Assembly (NCBI GenBank): GCA_965202585.1
Contig: OZ241828.1
Coordinates: forward strand, 76,012,001 to 76,076,000
Direction: 5' to 3'
Length of the DNA: 64,000 nucleotides
Source of the DNA: Thalia democratica
Lineage: Eukaryota
The translations under genes were made by a program, and so were the position numbers. The notes beneath the pieces are model-generated. The model searched no databases, was not told the origin of the DNA, and saw only the letters and a program-made list of their open reading frames with translations. Positions 59,509 to 64,000 of this stretch are shown in pieces. Every line of letters starts with the position of its first letter. Positions within the stretch are counted from its first letter, which is position 1.

Positions 59509-62500
59509 AAAATATTGTTTTCTCAGTCTTGCTTATGTTTTTTTTATAACATTATAAAGCTTAACTTTTAAACAGAAGTTCGCTCACAACGTGTTCAGAA
59601 AACAGCTAAGCTTATTAACAATTTTTAAACTAGTTGTTTCAATCACAAAAAGTGTGTAAACTGAAAATATCATGTACAAGTATAATAAGTTTGTTAACTA
59701 ATGTTTTATCCTAAAAAAATTATCTGTCACATAAAAAATAAGGTTTCTAAGTTTAAAAACAACGTTTTTCAACTACAAACATTTGTTTACATTTACAGCT
59801 TTTATATATTTTGCGATATTTGTATTCTGACCATGATAGTTCTGATCTACAATAATACTTAACTTTATCTTTTGTTTTAAACGGTCGATAAAAACAGAAT
59901 AACATAAAGTTATTCATTTGTAAAAGCACTAACACTCGACTAATGTTTGCTCAACCAAGTCTACAATGGCAATGTTTTACTAAGTCAGTGTTTCTTTTGG
60001 TTAATGTATAACTAAGTTGTGTAAAAATAAAACTTGTGGTTTGATAAAGTGAAGTTGATAAATATTGTTTAAGCTGTTTAAACTTTTATTTGTTGAAAGT
60101 TTTACAGTAACATCAAGTTTGAATAAATAAAACAGTTCTATTTTGTGTTGTTGTCCGTCATTTCTTTATAAATTTTAATTAATCTTAGTTTTCTACAAAT
60201 CATAAAAAATAATTAAATAAAGTTTTATGTATGTTCCTAAAACCCTAAAATAAGCGAAATAACAATTATATTACAAAGTTTTCTGTTTTAAAATTTCTGT
60301 ACAGTCTATTAAACTTGTGATATATTTAAAATATTCTAAAATTTTTACAGGTTTTACCAAACTTTAATCGGAAAAAATAATTAATAACAAAAATGAATAT
60401 TACAAACCCACCTTTCTCTTACTAAGATTAGTTTAGTAGTTAATACAGCTGTCGGATAAATACGGCCCTCAGACCAAATAAAGCCCACGGCTCTTGATAT
60501 TAAATTAAGTAGAATTAACTTCATTTTTTGTTTTAAATAAAGTTTTCAACTATTTATTTTTTGATTGTGAGTAAACTGTGCTGTTTATTCCATGTATACT
60601 TCTTTATCAAGTAAAATTTTTTCTAAATATTGTTGCCTGCGAAGCGGTTTTCAGGGCATGTTAATTTAACTTTTGTTAAAACGAAAATGTTTATTGCTCG
60701 ACTGTAAATAAACTGCAGGTTAAAATTTAAACGACATACAAATTAAGCAAAACTCTATTAAAACAGATAACAGATAAATGCATTTATTGAAAATATTCAT
60801 GCATTGATAAAAAGTAAGAATTTCAATGCAATACATATAAAATAAAAAGAAAAGTTTAAAATTCACTCATTTGTTTTTTGTGTGCATCAAAAACTTTTTT
60901 ATTCTTAAAAATACTTGCATTTAAACTTAAATGCGGAACAACTATTAAAACATTTTAAAAATCTTTATGAGTTTATAGTATACAAATAACCTAACCCTTT
61001 AAAATATTAATTAATACAATATCATTTCATAAATATCCGATACATGTTAACCTAGATTACACAAGTGCTGAATATTTTAGATTCTGTTCTAACCTGTATC
61101 AAACTAAATAGGCAGTAAGTTTTACGTTTCGGTTTTATAATAATTTCTTGCTGAAACATTACGTAATAGCCAAGTTTGCAACTCATAACCTTGTACACAT
61201 ATTTATGAACACAGTTAAATATATAATAGCCAGTTTTATGGTTAAAACTTAAGCTAGTACTTGAAATATAAGTTTAAAGCAAGAACGTAGCTTGGTCTAA
61301 CCAAAACTTTCATAATCAGCCGAAAGAAATCTACGAAATTAATTTCGCAAAGCTTGCATACTACCAGTAATTGTTTACTTACGATGTTTATAAAAATAAG
61401 TAATAAATATGTGTGAAAATCAGAAATTTTTTTATTTACACATAATTGTAATAAAAATAAGAGCTAAGAATCTATACAAAATGTGTTTTAATATAGCATA
61501 ATATTAATATAAACTAGTTTTAAGCTATTAATTTACATATCTTTTTTTTTTATGGTAGAACAGAAATTAAACTATTACAGTTTTAAGCTTATGTTAAAAC
61601 ATCTTGTTTTCTTGTTATTTTACTTAATATTTTATTTATATTTTATAAAAATAAAGTGAAGTTAAATGTCAATACTGCAGTAAGCAGGTTTTTAAAAATA
61701 AGAAGTCAAGTTTGAAAACCCAAGGCCTTATTAACAGGCCAAAAATTGTTTTACAAAAGTTCTAAAAATAAAAACTTATTTCCTTTTTTAATATATCAAA
61801 CTAACAAAACTTTATAAATCAAATAAAAACTAGTTTGTAGTTTCATATTAGGCCTATTCTTAAAATAAACAAAAAATTCTAAAAAATCATTTTTTGTGTG
61901 TAAGTATGTAAGATTTTTAATATGCGATAAAAAACACATAATTGTGAGAAAATGACAGCTAAACTCAAGAGTAACAAAATTGCACAGAAAGTATACAGCA
62001 AGTTAAAATACAGAAGGTTCAAAATAAAGTATTTTAGTCAGTTAATACTTAAGTATATAAAGTAATAACTAATGCAAATTGAACGAAAAAAAAAAGCATT
62101 TTAAAGAACTTTAGAATACTTAAGAATACTTAACTTAGAATTTACGTTTATAAAAGTCTTTGATTACTTTTTTCTTTAATACTTTTTAAAACTAAAAGTT
62201 AACAACTGGTATTACTTAAAAAATAAAAATTCTTTATAATTTAGTTTTATAAAGTAAATATCTTTTGTATCATTTTTGTTTTCCTTCTTACTTTAATTTT
62301 ATAATTGCTCAGCTCTCGTCGATTCTAAACTTTGGTATAAGTTTTACAAAACCAAAACTGGATTTTTACAAAAATTCTTCGTGCTCTTTTCTAATAGTCA
62401 ATCTGTTTACATATTTTGTTAGAAATAAGACCAAACAGATTGGATATGATTTTCAGTCTATAATTTGAAGACGTTTGTTTTTTTCAAACTGGCATTAGAT

Positions 62501-63505
62501 ATAACTCATGGCTAGTTTTTTGGTCACTCTTTTAAAGATATAACTTATGGCTGGCTTTTTAGCTTCACACAGTGGCAAGCCATGACTATCTTTTGTTTCA
62601 AATTACATTAATGAGCTAACCATGCAATCTGTTTTACCTGGAGAACCTCTGAATTTGAACACATAGAAAAAACAACCTTGAATTTGAAACTTCTTAAAAA
62701 AAAATTAAAAATTAAACTTTTTTTTTTAATTAAAAAATAAAACAGTAATTGAATTTTTACCTTCCACTATTTGATCTTAGTTGCTGATTTTTACTAATAA
62801 ATAAATATTGTACCATACCAATACATTAGCTTTGTATAAATTTTATTTGAAGTTTTCAATAAACCTAAAGCTTTTAGTTTTATTTTCTAAACTATATATG
62901 AGTACCAAAATAAGTACTAGCAATAAAATAACAAATTCAGAATATTTAGATCAGGGTTGCCAAAAAACATGGAATTTGACAAGTTAGACTAAAGAAACTG
63001 AAACAACCTGGAATCCTAAAAAGTTTATACATCCTAAGTAGTAAAATTTTATTTGACATAAATAATCTATCTTGTTGATGTTGTCATATATATATTTTTT
63101 AAATACATTAATAGAAACTTTGATTTCCCTGAGAAGATTCTCTAAAAACATTTGGTTACCCAGTTAGATTAATGAAATGTTATATCAATATCAGATATAA
63201 AATATACTGTTAGCCAATATTTAGCCACAGGACCATTTCAGGACTTTATATGGTTGAATTCTCATGGTGATTTGAATTAAAATGTTTGCATAATGTGATG
63301 ATGTTAAAGCTGTGTATGGTACACAGTAAGACCTATTAGTTGCTGAACAGGCTAGTTTTAGATAATTCAAATTTTCAAAATTAGGTCACTATGTATTAGG
63401 CTGTAGAGTTATAAGAAACTTTTATACAAGTTATCTTTATAAAAAGATATTAAAAGCAGCAGCTTTTTATTAATAAAATAAATAAGTCATTCACAATTTA
63501 AATTA

Positions 63506-63932
63506 CAGGGTTGCCACACACTCAGGGAACTCAGGAAATCTCAGGGAATTTTCAAACTGTAGAAAACCTCAGGGAAACTCAGGGAATTTTGGCATTTTTC
63601 TTTTAACTCAAGGAAACCCAGGGAAGTTTTGATTTTTTCTCTAAATTTCAGGGAAGTTTTTTAAATTTAGTTTTTAATTTTTAATTGGTTTAAACCTTTT
63701 AAGATTGAGTTTTTGAAAACAGATTTTTTCATAAACTTAATGCAGAAGCATACGCATACAACCTTCCTTTTATTATTAAAGAAGAAAAATGAGAATGAGG
63801 TATTAAAAATTTGTGTTAGAAGAGAAAAATTTTTTTTTAAGATTTGAAAAATACTCAGGGAAATTTAAGGTTACTCAGGGAAATTTTTGGTCACTCAGGG
63901 AAGATTTTTTGGCTCAAAGAGTGGCAACCCTG
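63506..63932 (+). mobile_element. 427-bp hAT-like MITE (segmental-duplication copy of 40546-40972)
   Basis: Same TIRs and flanks. Confidence 0.8.
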
Positions 63933-64000
63933 AAATTAGTTTATAAGATATTAGTTGTAGATTTAAACAAGTTTCTCATTAAATGAATAAATAAAAGAAA

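Noticed and set aside
1-64000. CRISPR arrays, tRNA, rRNA or prokaryotic operons
   Set aside because: No regularly spaced short repeats with unique spacers and no recognisable structural RNA genes; the DNA is spliceosomal-intron-containing eukaryotic sequence.

Overview
Very AT-rich eukaryotic (animal) genomic DNA. A kelch fragment and the repeat landscape suggest Hydra or a related cnidarian, which is an inference. The window is a rapidly rearranging tandem gene cluster with large, near-identical segmental duplications (1-10054 ~ 47017-56047; 11580-16054 ~ 58849-63542; 38887-41040 ~ 61845-64000). It holds five minus-strand copies of a 5-exon gene that I reconstructed by hand. The protein has a signal peptide, an N-terminal Cys, 9 Gly-X-Y triplets containing PGKHGP, a coiled-coil neck and a Caspr/neurexin-IV-type fibrinogen-like domain (322 aa), i.e. 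a ficolin/collectin-like layout. Copies B (17661-20309) and C (30343-32832) are intact and under purifying selection. Copies A, D and E are broken, and D is fused in frame to a Penelope-like RT fragment. Upstream of copy E is a young 240-bp insertion with a 12-bp TSD, 37-bp perfect inverted repeats and a complete minimal type I hammerhead ribozyme. A 1.2-1.45-kb tandem array at 41.2-47.8 kb repeats a signal-peptide exon plus a cationic 72-nt exon (candidate small secreted peptide family, mostly decayed). Also present are hAT-like MITEs, decayed TE fragments, templated-insertion junction scars and signs of gene conversion. All calls come from manual reading and translation; no database searches were run.
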